From Vicugna vicugna (lineage: Eukaryota), in contig MU063155.1 of NCBI GenBank assembly GCA_013265495.1, positions 62,001 through 126,000 on the forward strand: a stretch of 64,000 nucleotides of DNA, given 5' to 3'. Numbering within the stretch: the first letter of the stretch is position 1; each line of letters begins with the position of its first letter. Of the stretch, positions 34,068 through 48,030 are shown piece after piece. The notes beneath the pieces are model-generated. The model had not been told where the DNA came from. It did no database searches and saw nothing but the letters and a program-made list of their open reading frames with translations. A program made the position numbers and the translations under genes.

Positions 34068-37000
34068 GTAAGTGCTGCGGGAGGGTCGGCCGGACCCACG
34101 GGGTACCTGAGCTATTGTCGGCTCTGGAGCTGAGAACTTCCCTCCGGGTGTTTCTTATCACCTGTTGCCTTTACCATCGCCGCCCATCCCGGGTCTCCAC
34201 AGACCGCTCTCGAGCCCTTACCCTTGCTTTGCTCTTTTCCGGCGGGCCTGGGAAGTAACTCAGGCCGATGAATCTGACCCGGCAACCCAGGCTGCCTCTG
34301 GTAATCAGTTAGAAAGACATACACCCCCCTCCCCCTCCAAACACCAGTCCCAACACCCCCGACGGCCGAGAGACCGGTAAAGAGCCCACCATGTGTGGTC
34401 TCAGAACACGTTTTTGGAGTTTTTAAGCACAGAAGGACGCGTCTCGGAGTTTTTGCTTGCGACGTCCAAGAGGCCGCTGACCTAAAGAAGCGTACTTCCT
34501 GGCTCAGCTGGGCCGGGACAGCCCAGACCTTAACTTGTGAGACTCCACTGTTGCCAAGATTTCTCCCTTCCTCCCGTAATGGAACGGTTGTTCATAACGA
34601 GCCATCCTCCAGGCCACAGCCCATTCTCTTCACCCACTGCCTCTTGTGCTCTGGTGCAGGGTCTCGAGATAGCCCCCAGGAGACGGTTCCTGAAACACCT
34701 GTGGATTTATGGATTGTCTGTGATGTGGATGCACCGGACTTAGGCTAGAGTCCATGCTGTTAAGAACCTAGGCTGGGGGATGTAAGGGGAGGGCTGAATT
34801 TCATTTTTTATAAGAAAAACGTGTCGGTTGACACCTTAACCACATGGCTCCTTATTAGTGAACTGCGTCCTCTGATGTCCCTTGTCAGTCTTCACAGTTC
34901 CATTGGCTGCCCTCTCCAGAAAAAAAAAATAGAGCACTCTTTGAAACTGCCCTTGTTGGCCACAGCCTCTGTACCCCTACGCTTGTCTTCCCGCAACAGT
35001 TTCCTTTCCAGACATAGAAATGGGTCAGGGACTTCTTGCCGACAGAGGATCAGGCCTTAATCTGCTCACTGCTCTCCTGCCACTTCCAACCTTGCGGTCT
35101 CCCCTGTAGCAAGCTTAACTTCCCTACCATCTGCCTAGTGTGGGCTGCTGGGTATTGCAGCCAGGGAAGAGCTGTCACGCTGTCAAGCTGCAGTTTTCGG
35201 CTCACAGCAGCTCCCCCTTTCAGAAGTGGACCCATGCTGAGTGGGTTCCACTTGACCTTCCCTTCCATGACAGCTACTGTTCACAAACCATTGAATGCCC
35301 TGTACCAGTTATGGACCATTATTATTATCACTCTGGAAACCAGAGTTGGTTGTCTCCGTGATGGTACATGGCCTTCTTTGAGTAAAAGGATCTGAAAAGG
35401 CTTTAAGAAAAAGATTTTCTGTTTCTATTAAAAGTGTAGGTCTTAGTGTAGTGCTTCATTTGGTTTTTAAATTGCTTTCCACATTTTATTAGGAAAATAG
35501 TTAAACATACAGAATCATTGGGAGAATTATATAGTGAACATATACCCGCCTATTAAGTTCTACAATTAATATTTTACTTCGATTATTTTTGTGTTTTAAA
35601 GTCAACCCTCTAGCTGCTCCTTGGATGGTCTTTACTCCTTGTGGCTGGCTTTTGGGCACTAACATGGTTTCAGGAGCCATGCTTTTTAACTTGGTTCTTT
35701 TAGGGGCAGAGTGGCTCCCACAGATGTTTGTGATGAGAGGAACCACCCTAAACAGCACAAGAGCAGAGTAGCTGGTGACTTTGACCCATGTTGGTCACCG
35801 AGGCCTTGGGCTGCTGCCTTCAGAACACGCAATAGGCACTCAAGAAATGGCAGTCCCTCTCTTCCCTTTAGGGAAGAGACTTGGCTAATGTGTTTTTTAG
35901 TGATTCCAAGAACAACTTCGGTGACTCAAAACTAGAATGTCTTTAAATTTGAGGCAGAGGAAGCGTGTTGACCAGCTGTGGTGTCAGGGTGAAAATCACT
36001 GATAGGAACTGATAGTTGAGCACATTCACTGGAGCAGCCCCAGGCAGCAGAGCAGGTAAGGCTTATTACTCACAGGCCCCCTCTGAGCAGAGATGAGTCG
36101 AGTTTGGCCTGTCAACATCTGCTCACCTAGTGGCTAGACGTCATTGTCTTGCTCTTGCTCAAAAGATAAACACTATTTGTGATTTCAGTGCCAGATTTTT
36201 TTTTAAGCTCTTGATTGGTGTAAGAGGCATTGTTTGAACAACTAGATAAATCAGTAGGGTGGGTATTGAAATGTTTATCTTGCTGTTTTTGTATGTGTCA
36301 CTGTACCATCCCCATAAGAGTTTCAGCCACAGAACACATGAACTCCCAGGCTTGTAGGAGATGAGGAGGGCAGAGCTGTGCTCATTTGAGCAGGAGGTGT
36401 GTTTCCCACTTTGGAGCCAGTTAGCCTGATGGTTTTACTCTCCGCCAATGGTCCTTCCTGTTCTTGCAGGTCTCTGTGGCATTTGAAAGACACCATGCAC
36501 CTAGTTGGGCTTCTAGTTGGGCCCGATCCTGTGTGCAGGGATGAGGATGTGTGCGTCATTATGTTTCCGAGGGCAAAGTTAAAGAGAATCTGTGGTCTGG
36601 GTATAGTACTGTGGCTGTGTGGTTGGTTCCAGGGCCCAAGGGCAGGTCTGGCCAACCATCTCAGGAGCCTGGGAACTGCTCTCTAGGCCTGAGGCAGAAA
36701 ACCAAGTTAGGGGAGCCCTTGGAATCCAGAAGAAAAACCTGAAGGGAAAAGCATGACAAGCAAGCCATTAGTCTGCAAAGGGCTAGGCCAAGAGGAGAAT
36801 CCCTGTAGGTCCAGGATGGGCTGGCGACTGAACCAGAGGTGGTGGCTTAACATGGAGCTGGAGGGAATCTTTAGCCCCAGGTACTTTTTCCAGGACATCT
36901 GAAGCCTGAGTCAGGAGTGGGGCTTAGAAGCTTCAGCCAGGGTTCACCACTGAGAGTGTCTGCTCTTCTCCTTGCCCACCTCCTCCATGAAGGAAGGTAA

Positions 37001-38719
37001 AGGGTAACCTCCTTGCACTGCACCTTAAAAAAAAAAAATACCCACACACAAGGTAGAAAGAGGTCAAATAACTTTCCCAGGACAGATAGATTGGCTAAAA
37101 TTGCCTGAAAAGAGTTTGGTGAACTAAATGTACCATGCGTCTCACCCAGTCATGGCATGATCTTCATCACGTTATTTTTTGCATGATAGGAAATGAAAAT
37201 TTCACAGGATGAATCTGATTCCAAAATCTAAATAGGGTCCAGGTTGGCAAGACTGATTGGTAAAAGAGAAGACACTTTTCTTGCTCACTGCCACCTCATG
37301 GATGTTTTCTCTGGGCTTTCTAGTGACCAGACCTCAGCCCTGCAGCCCCAGTTATGGTTGTGTGGCTGCTTCCTAAACGTCTGCTCACCTTCCTAAGAAA
37401 AACAGTCAGCTTTCTCTGGGCCCAGAAGCAACACCTCACATCCACAGGTCTCTCTTGACCCTGCTCTCCTGGGTCAGCAGACTGGAATCAGGACCAATTT
37501 TGTGTGTGTTCCAGGGGGAGTGACCAAGAAACTTGGGATTGTTGGTGCGGGGGAGGAGTCCAAGGGAAGAGTCAAGAAGTGATGTCTCAAGTCTTTGTTC
37601 CCTCTAAGAAAGAAAAGATAGCAAGTCAGGAGTGTTGGGGCAAGGTAACCCAGGCCTGCAGTTGGTCAGCACTTTAATCATAGGTCTTTAATTACAATTG
37701 AGTGGCCTGACAAGCCTGTGTTCACGTGTGCTGAAGTGTCAGCCTCTGAGCTGGCCTCTGACAAACTCCCAAGCACTCTCTTAGGCACCGTCTTGAAGCC
37801 CTGGTGAGGGCAGCCTGCCCGCCCAACGACCTTTTCAGCACTGAGCCCCAGGACCTCCAGGCCTTCAAAGCTGCAGGTACCAGTCGAGTACCCGCCTTTC
37901 TATGGGTGGTAACTAGAGATACTATTGGGTGTGCTGAACCAGGCCAAGGCAATGGTCTCTTCAGACAGGCTTTCTCCTTTTGACTAATTTGAACTATCCT
38001 TGTTAACATTCTTTCCCTGTCAGGGTGGAGTTGTCAACTGGAGTGCTCCACCTTGTTCGGGCGTCAGGGAGGAGTCAACTGTATGGTGCCCTTTCTGGGT
38101 CAGGTCTTACTATTGTGTTGGCAGCAGGTACCAAAAACTTCCAGGCAGGGCCAAGTTGTCTTCCGTGCCCCAGACCTCCTCCTCTCCTTCAGATCCTTCT
38201 TTCCTTATGTGGCTACTTAGATGCTGTATTTTTCCTGCCAGAGCCAGTTTCTGGGCAACGTTATAAGTATTAGTCATTTACACCATCGTGTAAATAAGTT
38301 TACATGAGTCAGTTCTTTATGTCTTAATTTGAGACTAAACTGCTGTCTATTGTTTGAGGCATTTAGGGCATCTGGGCAGGTATAGGAGGAATTTGGAGGT
38401 CGGGGAAGATCTTTTATCTCTAAAATAACACCTAGGCTATAACTAGAAACTCAGGCAATAGTCCCAGGGAATACATAAAATTTTTTTAAAAAGCATTTAG
38501 TCCCTTCTTTATCAGAAGATGGGATGTTTTCAGACATTCTGGATAAGCTTAAACATAATTTTGAGTTGTTGGCAAGAGAATCCAGTGTTCCTCAAAATTT
38601 TATAAAATGAATTTCTCTGGTATTTGAAAGAGCTTGCCAGAGACAGTGATGAATAGTTTTACATGTCACACAGCAAAGGCCTTGGGTTCACGGTGGTGAT
38701 TCGCACTTTGGAGGTTTAT

Positions 38720-39690
38720 GAGGCACTGGAGTCCTGGGATCCTGGAGCCCTTCCCTCAGTGCCAAAGCAGCTGTGACCATGGCCATGGCCGTATGGACAG
38801 AAGCTGTCTCTGAGTGTCTCCTGAGTTAGGAAAGCAGTTTGCCAATCGATTGTAGAGGTCTCGGTCAGGCTGGTTCAAGCCAGAAGTCTGTGATCCCTGT
38901 GCTATAATAAGAAATACATATTGGTCTCTGTCTTTGGTTCCTGGCACAGAGCTTCTAACACCCTTGGAATTTCGTAATGGGAGTGTCTTGTTATTCCTAA
39001 CAAACCCTTTTCACACTAGAGTTCATGCTAATATAAGACAACTCTTGTGGGCCCCTAGGTAGCTTCAGGGTGAGGGCTGGCTGCCAAGGGACCCCGCCTT
39101 AGGGTTAGAGGGTTGGCACTTGCAGCCTCACCCTTAGACCTGTGGCGAGTGGAGAGGGGCGGAAGGTGGAGTTAATCACCTGCCTGTGTAATGAAACCTC
39201 CATAAAGCCCCTAAATGATGGGCTTCTGAGAACTTCTGTGCTGATGAACACACTGAAGTGTTGCAGAGTGCGGAGCCCTGAGGGCATGGAGGGTCTAGCA
39301 CCACCTCTCTTAACTCTCTTTAACTCATGGCTTCCATTTGGCAGTTGCTGAACTGTAGCCTTTAAAATAAGCCAGTAATAGTAAACTGTCTCCCCAAGTT
39401 TTACAAGCTGTTCTAGCAAATTATTGGACCCGAGGAGGGATTGTGGGACCCCCTGGTTTATAGTCAGTTGGTTAAGAAGTACAGATAGCAACCTGAGACT
39501 AGCTATTGGTGTCTGAAGACAGGGCAGTCCTGTGGACTGAGCCCTTCACCTGTGGGGGCTGCACTAACTCTGGGTAGTTATCCTTAGAATTGAATTGAAT
39601 TGAATTGAAGGACACCCAGTGGTGTCAGCTGGATGTCAATGTGGAGAAAAGCCACACATTTGGTGTGAGAAGTGTTGTAAGTAAAAAATA
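38720..39690 (+). mobile_element. MER21-like ERVL LTR in FYCO1 intron 1
   Basis: ttcctggcacagagcttctaacacccttggaatttc...taatgaaacctccataaa...ctgttctagcaaattatt...ttagaattgaattgaattg...ggacacccagtggtgtc...cacatttggtgtgagaagtg. Confidence 0.75.
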
Positions 39691-40734
39691 GCTCATCCCT
39701 AAACCAAAGGGCAAGCTTCTCTAGAGACCCAAGGAAGTTGACCATGGAGTGGAGAGAGACAGTGCCCCATTTTGTGTCTTCTGAAGGTTAATAATGGCCT
39801 CAGACCCAGGAAAAAGGCCGTAAAGCCGAGTCATCCTTTCAGAGTCCTTGAAAATAGCACTCCTACAGTGACCACCATTTGCTTCCTGTGAGGTGGCAGT
39901 CCCAGCCCAGGTGGGAAGGCCCACTGTGGCCTACAGGCCCAGCAGCCAGTTTCTCAGGGCTCATCACCTTGGTGGTGACGCAGGCTTTTTGGAAAATCAA
40001 CTTGTGTCATCAGCGGTTGGGCACTGCTCACCCCGTGACCTCGGGACTTGTCCTGGACTGGTGGAGGACACTCCACGCTCAGCAGGGAAGGCCTCCTGGG
40101 CTTGGGCTGACATCTGCAGCGTCACCAAGGTACCAAGAAGTCTTGAAGGAGCATGTTTCTGTCTCTTCAGGTTCATCGTGCCAAGGTGCCAATTTGGCCT
40201 GCAGACACTGTCTCTCTTGTGCCAGGCTCCAAAGGGGGCTGATTTCTAGGAAATCCAGCTGTTTGTATCCTCACATTGTCCTGGCCAGAGCCTGAAGGAA
40301 TTGACTCGGAATCCGTCATTGTTAGCGCTTTCTTCCCCAGTTCCGCCCTGCCCGTCCTGTGCAGGTCTTATCCTAGTTTTAAGTAAGTGTGCACACAGAC
40401 CCAATGGACTTGATTTGAGGATTTATGGGGTATTATTTTTCTTCCAAGATTATTTCTCCCAGAAACTACAAAGCTCTCTGTTGACTGTAGTCAAGTAAGA
40501 GAAATGTGGGTGGAGAAACGGCCATTACACCTGCCGTTCCCTCTACTTGGCACCCTTTCCTCCTCGGGTCTCTTCCATGACCTCCTGTTCATTTTTCAGC
40601 CCTTGCTCAACACAGTTGCCATCACAGAGTGTTCGCCACCCTCTCCCTTCCCCACGCAGAATGCATATTCCCTTCCTCAGGTCCCGTTGCATCTTGCTAA
40701 ATTCACCTCAATACTGTTATTTTTTTGTTAAGAT

Positions 40735-41030
40735 ATAATTTACAGTATGTGAGTTTTGAAAAACATATGTTCATCACATATATACAGTCATGTAACCACC
40801 ACCATAATCAAGACTCAGAACAGAATGGCCTCCCCACCCCCGCTGCAATTTCTGCATACTCTTGTAGTCAAACCCTCCCTTCCCCGTCAGCCCCAGGCAC
40901 CATGGATGTGATTTCTCCCCAGTGTTTGGCCTTTGCAAGAATAGCATGCAAGTAGAATCACAAAGTAGGAAGCCTTTCAGTCTGGCTTCTCTTCTTCAGC
41001 ATAGATCACTTGTCGTGTATTCGTGGTTCA
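40735..41030 (-). mobile_element. Old L1M 3' fragment
   Basis: tttgttaagatataatttacag...tgtaaccaccaccataatcaagac...gtagaatcacaaagtaggaagcctttcagtctggcttctcttc. Confidence 0.65.
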
Positions 41031-43124
41031 TTCTGTCTCCTTGATGAGTACGCCTAACTTTTTATCAATGTCTGCATGGGCCCCTCCTGCCGTATCCAAG
41101 TATCTGGATATTTTCTGTTTTCTTGATGCACTCTGAGCTCCCCCAGGGCTGGACGGTGCCTTGTGTGCCCCTTTGTCCCCAGGCTGCATGGAGTAGGCAC
41201 TTGACAGTGTGGCGCCCGGGCAGCTGTGCATTGTCAGTGACGGTCCTTATCCTCTCTTCCTCTTCAGAAGGAGCAAGTGTCTGCCTGACAGCAGAGCCCC
41301 TGCAGAAGTCTGGCCGAGCCTGGGCCCCAGCGGGTCCCTGCTCAAGCTCTGTTCAGCAGGGGACCTAGAGAGCCGCCCGGGGATGGGCAGTGGGAAAACT
41401 GCTCCCACCCTCCTTTTGGTGTCTGTGATAGGCGAGGTGTCAGCACTTGTTAGGGGCTTTGGTGGGGTCTCTGGATCCTCTGACTCTGGGGCTCCCTGTC
41501 ATGAGTTACTGGGAGCACGGTACAGGAGTGTGCCTGTCTAGTTCCTCCTAGGCCAGAGAAGCCGTCCTTGGGCCCTGTTTTCACTGAGTCACAGCTGCGC
41601 TGGCTTGTCAGTTATAAATAGACCCAGGCATATCTATGCCACAGCAGACCCTCCCCTTGGGCTGACGCTGAAACGCTTGTGTAAACAGTTTGAGGAACGT
41701 GAGGTTGGCGACCATTTCTCCTCCTGGATCTTCTTACCTTGCCTCCTGGAGCAGTAAGGGGAAGATGGTGGTGGGAGAGTGGGGACCAGCTCGTGTTTGA
41801 GACCTTCAGGGTGGTGGCACATTTGAGAGGCGCTGGAGTTCAGGGTAGTTCACAGAAGCCAGTGAAAGTGGTTGGTCACTTGCTGTAGTGGCAGTGGCTC
41901 CTTTGTAGAGCCACCGGATTTGAAATCAGACTGTTCAGAGTTCATACCTCGACCCCACTCCCTACTGGCCTGTGGCCTGAGACAAGTTACACAACTTCTC
42001 CCAACGCCAGTTTCTCCCTTGTATGTTATCTAACCCCCAGGGTGCTGGTGGGAATTAAAATGACCACGGGGTGTAAAGCACCTGACAGGCCCAGCACACA
42101 GCCCTTGTCTAGCAGTGGCTTCTTCGGCCGCCTCTAGTCTTGCCAGCTGCTTTTGCCAGCAAACATTGCAACTTCATATCGGACACCTAAAGAAAGAATG
42201 AGTGGTTTTGAAAGGAGTATAATGGTGATGTCCAAGTGTGCATCCAGACATCCTTCCAACGTTGCTCACATCGCCTCCTCTTTGTTGGTCTCCAGCCACT
42301 GCTATGTCCTCAAATCACTTAAGCAGCTGCCGAAGTAGCGCTGGTAACTCTGAACTCACAAGCCACGGGAGGACTGTAGCTGAGTTTAAAATAGAGACGC
42401 ATCATTTGACTGGTGCCCAGGGCTGCGCAGCCCCCCTCAGTGTCTGCCCTCCTGGGCTGAGGCAGATGCTGGGTGTCTGGGGGCTGTAAACCTCCCTGCG
42501 AGGCCTTCCTTGATCCAGAAGCCCTGAGGGTATGTCCTCAGCCTCCACCACTGCTGGCCAGAGGGTGCCGACCTTTTCCTCGGAGAAAGCAAGCCTGGGG
42601 CGGTGAAGGGCTTGGGGCCGGGTGTGGAGGAGACGGGGGTCTGATGTGGCCACACTGTAGGCTTAGCAGGCCAGTGAATGGGGCTTGGACTAGTTCTGGC
42701 CGTCGTATAGGAGGCCGAGGGGAACCACTGGGAGGCATTTTTAAAGGTAAAAAGTGGGGCAGGCCTGTGTAAGAGGGCAGAGTAGGAGGGGAGCTCAGAA
42801 AGAATAGGCCGTGCTATTTGGTTGATACTGTTTCTTTTAAAGCTCCAAACCAGGTCATTGTGTCTGAGTGTAAGCGTGTCAGAGAATGCCCACAGAGCGA
42901 GGCTTACACAGAAAGGTCAAGCCCTTTCCATTGAGGGAGGACGCCCAGATGGCACGACCTTGTGTCCAGAGCAGCGTCCCTCTACTGCTGTCTTTCAGTT
43001 GTGCCTGTGACTGCTTCCTCTAGGGCCTCCTCCTCCCCGTGCAGGTGCCACCATGGAGTCTGACCTCTGCTGAGCAGACCCGGCAGGAGGCACACGGCCA
43101 GGAAAGGCGGCCACAGCGGTCACC

Positions 43125-43179
43125 ATGGCATCCACCAGCGCGGAGAGCCAGCTGCAGAGAATCATCCGCGATTTGCAAG
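43125..43179 (+). CDS. FYCO1: FYCO1 coding exon (exon 2; exon starts at 43045), MASTSAESQLQRIIRDLQ
   Basis: Acceptor gtgcag|43045, ATG in gtcaccATGG context, donor G|gtatgg. Matches the human N-terminus MASTNAESQLQRIIRDLQ. Confidence 0.95.
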
Positions 43180-44423
43180 GTATGGCTCAGTCACAGAGCA
43201 CGCCAAACTGGTTTTGAGGGAGCTGTGGCTATGCTTTTGCTGTTGCCAGCTAAAATTCAACCCTGCGATCTGTGTTTACACCGGGAGTAATTGGAGCTCT
43301 CAGTTGAAATCATATTGAAATATTGAGGCTCAGATGTCTGTCCTGTAAGTCTGGAAAAGCTTGGCGCGCCCTCCTGTCATGCACCATAAAGGTATTTTGT
43401 AAACAAAATCAAATACCCTTTACTGGCCCTGGGTCTGATTTCAATTTGTGTGTATTTTCAAGCTGCCTGTTAGTTTTTTAAATGTGAGCCTCTGGTTGAT
43501 GGTGGAGTTGGCTCATTTGGGGAGGAATATTCTCCCTCCCTCTGAGCAGGAAGACAAGATACTCATCTTTCTTGTTTTGCTGATCAACTGGTCCTGGCAG
43601 GTGGACAGCCTGTCACCTATGACTCACTCCAGTTCTGGGCCTGCTGCCTCGTGGGCATCCCTGAACTTGGCATTGCCTGGTAAGACAGACCGACTCGAGG
43701 GCCTTGTCTCACTGGACCGAGGCAATGCGGAGGGCGCCTGTGAACAGAGTAGACTCAGGAAGAGCAGGCTGTGTTCTCTGCTGGCCGCGGAGGCCAGGGC
43801 CCCAGCTCACGCTTTCAGGTGACGTGCCACGACCAGAATTTTGGCAAGTTTTCTATCCCTTGCAGGTCACCATGGCAGGTCTCGTAAGCCCCTCTGGAGC
43901 CCCAGCACATTTGCTGCAACATGGTCTGAAGCTGACCCCTTCTTCTGTGTCAGGGGACCACAGTGACACTGTCCTGACAGACTCAAGGCCCAGGTTCTTA
44001 CCTGCTCAGACACAGAGATAACCAATTACAGCCCCTCAGACCCAGGCTGGTGGAGGCCACAGCAGTCCTGATTCTGAAGGTCAAAAGTCCATTAAATAAA
44101 AGTCACTTTCTCGGGCTTATCTCCTGTTTATACAGCACTTAGGGCCTGTAATGGCCGATCATTACATGGCACATGAGCCAGGCACAAGTCTCACAGACCG
44201 TAACTCATTGAGTCCTCACATTTGGTCCTGTGAGGTTGGGACCATTGTTATTCCCATTTTGCAGATGTGGAAAGTGGCACAGAAAGATTAGGTGACTTGC
44301 CTAAGGTCACACATCCAATCAGGCAGAGCCTGGGTTTATGTACACACCTGGTGCCAGAATCTGCCCTTAACCACACCAGTCTACTTCCATAACACATGAG
44401 ATGGCTTTTTTCTTCTTAAATTT

Positions 44424-44448
44424 ACACACACACACACACACACACACA
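44424..44448. repeat. (AC)12 microsatellite
   Basis: Perfect AC run in intron 2. Confidence 0.95.
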
Positions 44449-46127
44449 GTAAAAAGACAGTCCCAGTAAATCTGAGTTTGCTCCTAGTCTTCAGAGGTTT
44501 CTCCACAAAGTAGGCAATCTTCTCTGTGTTTTAGTCTCTGGTTCTCAAGGATGACTTTGAGACCTGAAGTCCTTATCAGGAGGGTTGAGAGGAAGGGAGG
44601 AGCCTGTAGCAGAGCTCCTGATCCAAGGAGGAGGCCAGGCATCAGCATTTGTTCAGTTGCCTTTTCCCATCCCATGTGCTGGCTGCCTCTGTTGTCCCCC
44701 ACATCCCAGGGTCATCCAATGTCCTATACCCCACCCTTGGAGCACTTTGGTGTGAATTTTTAAAAGGTACCACTTTCTCAAGACTCTTATTTCTCGTCTG
44801 TTTGTAATTATCAGAGATTAGAGCTGGAAATTTCATATTCCATATCCAAGGCTCCTTTGAAAATTTCAGGAGTTCCCAGATCCAGTTGTGAACGTTAACC
44901 CTGCCTGAGGGTAGGGGGAGGAAGGCTGCGTGTCTTTCCCGGTCCCTGGTCCTCAGCTCTCAGTGCCAGCCACAGCAGACGCTTCTAGTAGGGCATAGCT
45001 GGATGGCAGTCACTTGTTTTAAGAACCAACCCCAAGACCCTGTCTTTGCCGCTTGCTGGCCTTTGCCTGAGGTGTCAGTGGTGATTAATTTTCACAGCTC
45101 AGGCTCTGTGTCAGTCGTGGGCAGGTGTGCTTTCTAACCATGGTGTTCAGGGGGCTAGGGCTTCCTTTTCTTTCAAGAATTGTCAGAGAAGATGTTTTCA
45201 TCCAGCATGTTCCAACCATCTCAGCCATGGACATTTTTCCCAGAATCTAAATAAAACTCAGCTTCTTACAGTCCCTCTGTCCTACAGCAGGGCCAGGAAT
45301 GAAAGTCAAAGGTAGCTTTCCCTCTTTTTCTGCACTGGGAGGTAATTGTCTTGGAAGTTAGGAGGTGAGCTCTGGAATCAGAAAGCCCTTGAGAAAAGCA
45401 GGCATCTCATTCCATCTCTGCTGTTTGTTGCCCTCTTTGGCCAAGTGCTCTGACCTCTCCTTAGAGTTCCTCATCTGTAAAGCGGGACTGATAACACCAG
45501 CTTTTGTCAGTTCTACCTTGTATTTTTTTTTCACATTTTTACCAGCTCTGAAATTGGCATCGTCTTAAAATCCATTGCATCTTAGATTTGTTGAAATAAA
45601 GCAATTCCTACCTCGCAGTGCTGTATTGAATGAGAAAGACCCGCAGAGTCCTGGCCCCTCACCAGCACTCAGTTAACAGAAGCAGGTGGTGGTATCATTC
45701 TTGGCATTGTCACAACCACTATTTGCACGTTCTGGGTCCTGTGGCATCCTGGTCTTACCTGCACTGAGCAGTGGGGTTACAGTGAAGACCAAGAACCGTG
45801 GCCGGAAGAGAGGATGGAGCCCTCTGGAAGTCGATACTAGGGGACTGCTACATGATCCATCCACACAGCAGATACTTTTGACCAAGTACTGGGTAAATTA
45901 TGAGACCTGCATGGTGGACCTTCAGGGATGACCAAGAAATGTGCTCAGTCAGCAAGCTATGGAAAGGCCCTGTGGGCTCTTGGGGCGCCTGAGCCCCTTC
46001 TGACTCAGTTCCAGCCTGGGGATGCTTTCTACCACCCCACATTTCCTCCATGCTTTGCCGCCATTGACTACTTACTCCCCATGCTTCTCGGGGTCATCCT
46101 GCTGCTCTCTCTGAGGCCAGGCTCTGA

Positions 46128-46394
<267 letters not shown>

Positions 46395-47635
46395 TGAAGG
46401 TCAGAGCTGCCCCCAGCTCCAAGTTTGAGTGATCCTCTAAGGAATCAGAATGTTGCCCTGCAGGATGGTTTTGGGAATTGAGAACATTCTTTAGAGATTT
46501 AAGACATCTTAAAGCAGGTCACAGGGTCTCTGTCTAGCAGGGATCTTAACTTTTAGGCAGTCACACACCCCATTGGCAGTCTGGTGACAGCTGTGGAGCC
46601 TCTTCCTAAACATACATACACACCCAGCACACATTTTCCAGGAGTGTGCGGCCCTCTAGAGATGATCTGGAGGTCCCTGCTCTAGAGCCTTGCTTCAGAA
46701 AGTGTGGTCCCTAGACCAGCAGAAGCAGCATCACCTGGGAGCAGGTTAGAGGTTCCCACCTTGACTTGCTGAATTAGGATCTCTGAAGTCAGCCCAGGAA
46801 GTTTGCTTTTAGCATGCTCTCAGTGTAATGCTTCTGTCTGCTTGGTTCAAGAAGCATAGCTCTAGAGAGCTCTGCAGGTGTGGAAAAATACAGGCAAGTA
46901 CACTAGGCAGGGAAGAAATGTACCAAAATGTTAACAGAAGTTATCTTAGGGTGATGGTATTAGGCATTTTTTTTTATTTTGTTTTGTTTAATCCAGATGT
47001 CCTAACAATGTATGCAGATCTTTTCTAATCAGAACAGATGCTTTAAACTATTATGTAGGCAGATATACAGCTATCATTTTAAACACTGTAAATTTGCAAT
47101 GTCACATCCCACCAAAGCGTGTAGAATGAGAGCCCACTGGAGATGTCTCAGTGTGTTGAAGGCTCACCTTTCACATGCCTTTTCAACTGGTTTTCTTGTT
47201 TTACATTGTGAAAGTATTTATGGACCTTTTTTTTTTCAATGAGCCCATTTTGGTTTTGGGTTTGAAATGACTCATAGCTGACATTTATTTGAATTTATTG
47301 TATGTATGTTAAAACAATATTGAAACTCGTATAACTGGGATAAAATGTCACTGATGCATTTTCCTAAGTTGAGACATAGCTAATAGTCTTCATGTTGCCC
47401 TTAAGACTTTTCAGTTGCATTTTTTTTATCATGTGTTAATAGCACCTTTGGTGTCTTCTACCCAGCTCTATGCGCAGAGGTCCCTTCAATGGATAAATCT
47501 TTTGGGAGCTTGTTGTTCCTGAATCTCACAGTCTCACTAGTTGCATGACCTTGAGCTAGTTAGTTACTTAACTTCTCTTAACCTCAGATTCCTCACCTTT
47601 AAAATGAGGACTAAAACACTCTCGTTTGCCAGTAA

Positions 47636-47932
<297 letters not shown>

Positions 47933-48030
47933 TAAGCATCTCTCGCGGAGACGTTTGCTGCAGACAGCCAAACGAGGAAATGAGGGTTTACGGGTAGTAA
48001 GGAGGTAAAGAAATCCAGTCCAGGTGTGCT

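Larger units (their letters stand above)
33800..34500. promoter_or_regulatory. FYCO1: CpG island / FYCO1 promoter
   Basis: Sharp rise in GC and CpG density 9 kb upstream of the first coding exon. ETS-like CTTCCG at 34012-34017. No TATA box evident. Confidence 0.85.

Noticed and set aside
33611-34748. Multiple 65-121 aa ORFs across the CpG island
   Set aside because: Stop-poor GC-rich promoter DNA with no protein-like signal.
39587-39608. (GAATT)n pentamer run
   Set aside because: A slight expansion of a motif native to MER21.
43068-43076. TGC-TGA as a possible selenocysteine codon
   Set aside because: Sec decoding needs a 3' UTR SECIS, which is outside the window. FYCO1 is not among the known mammalian selenoproteins.
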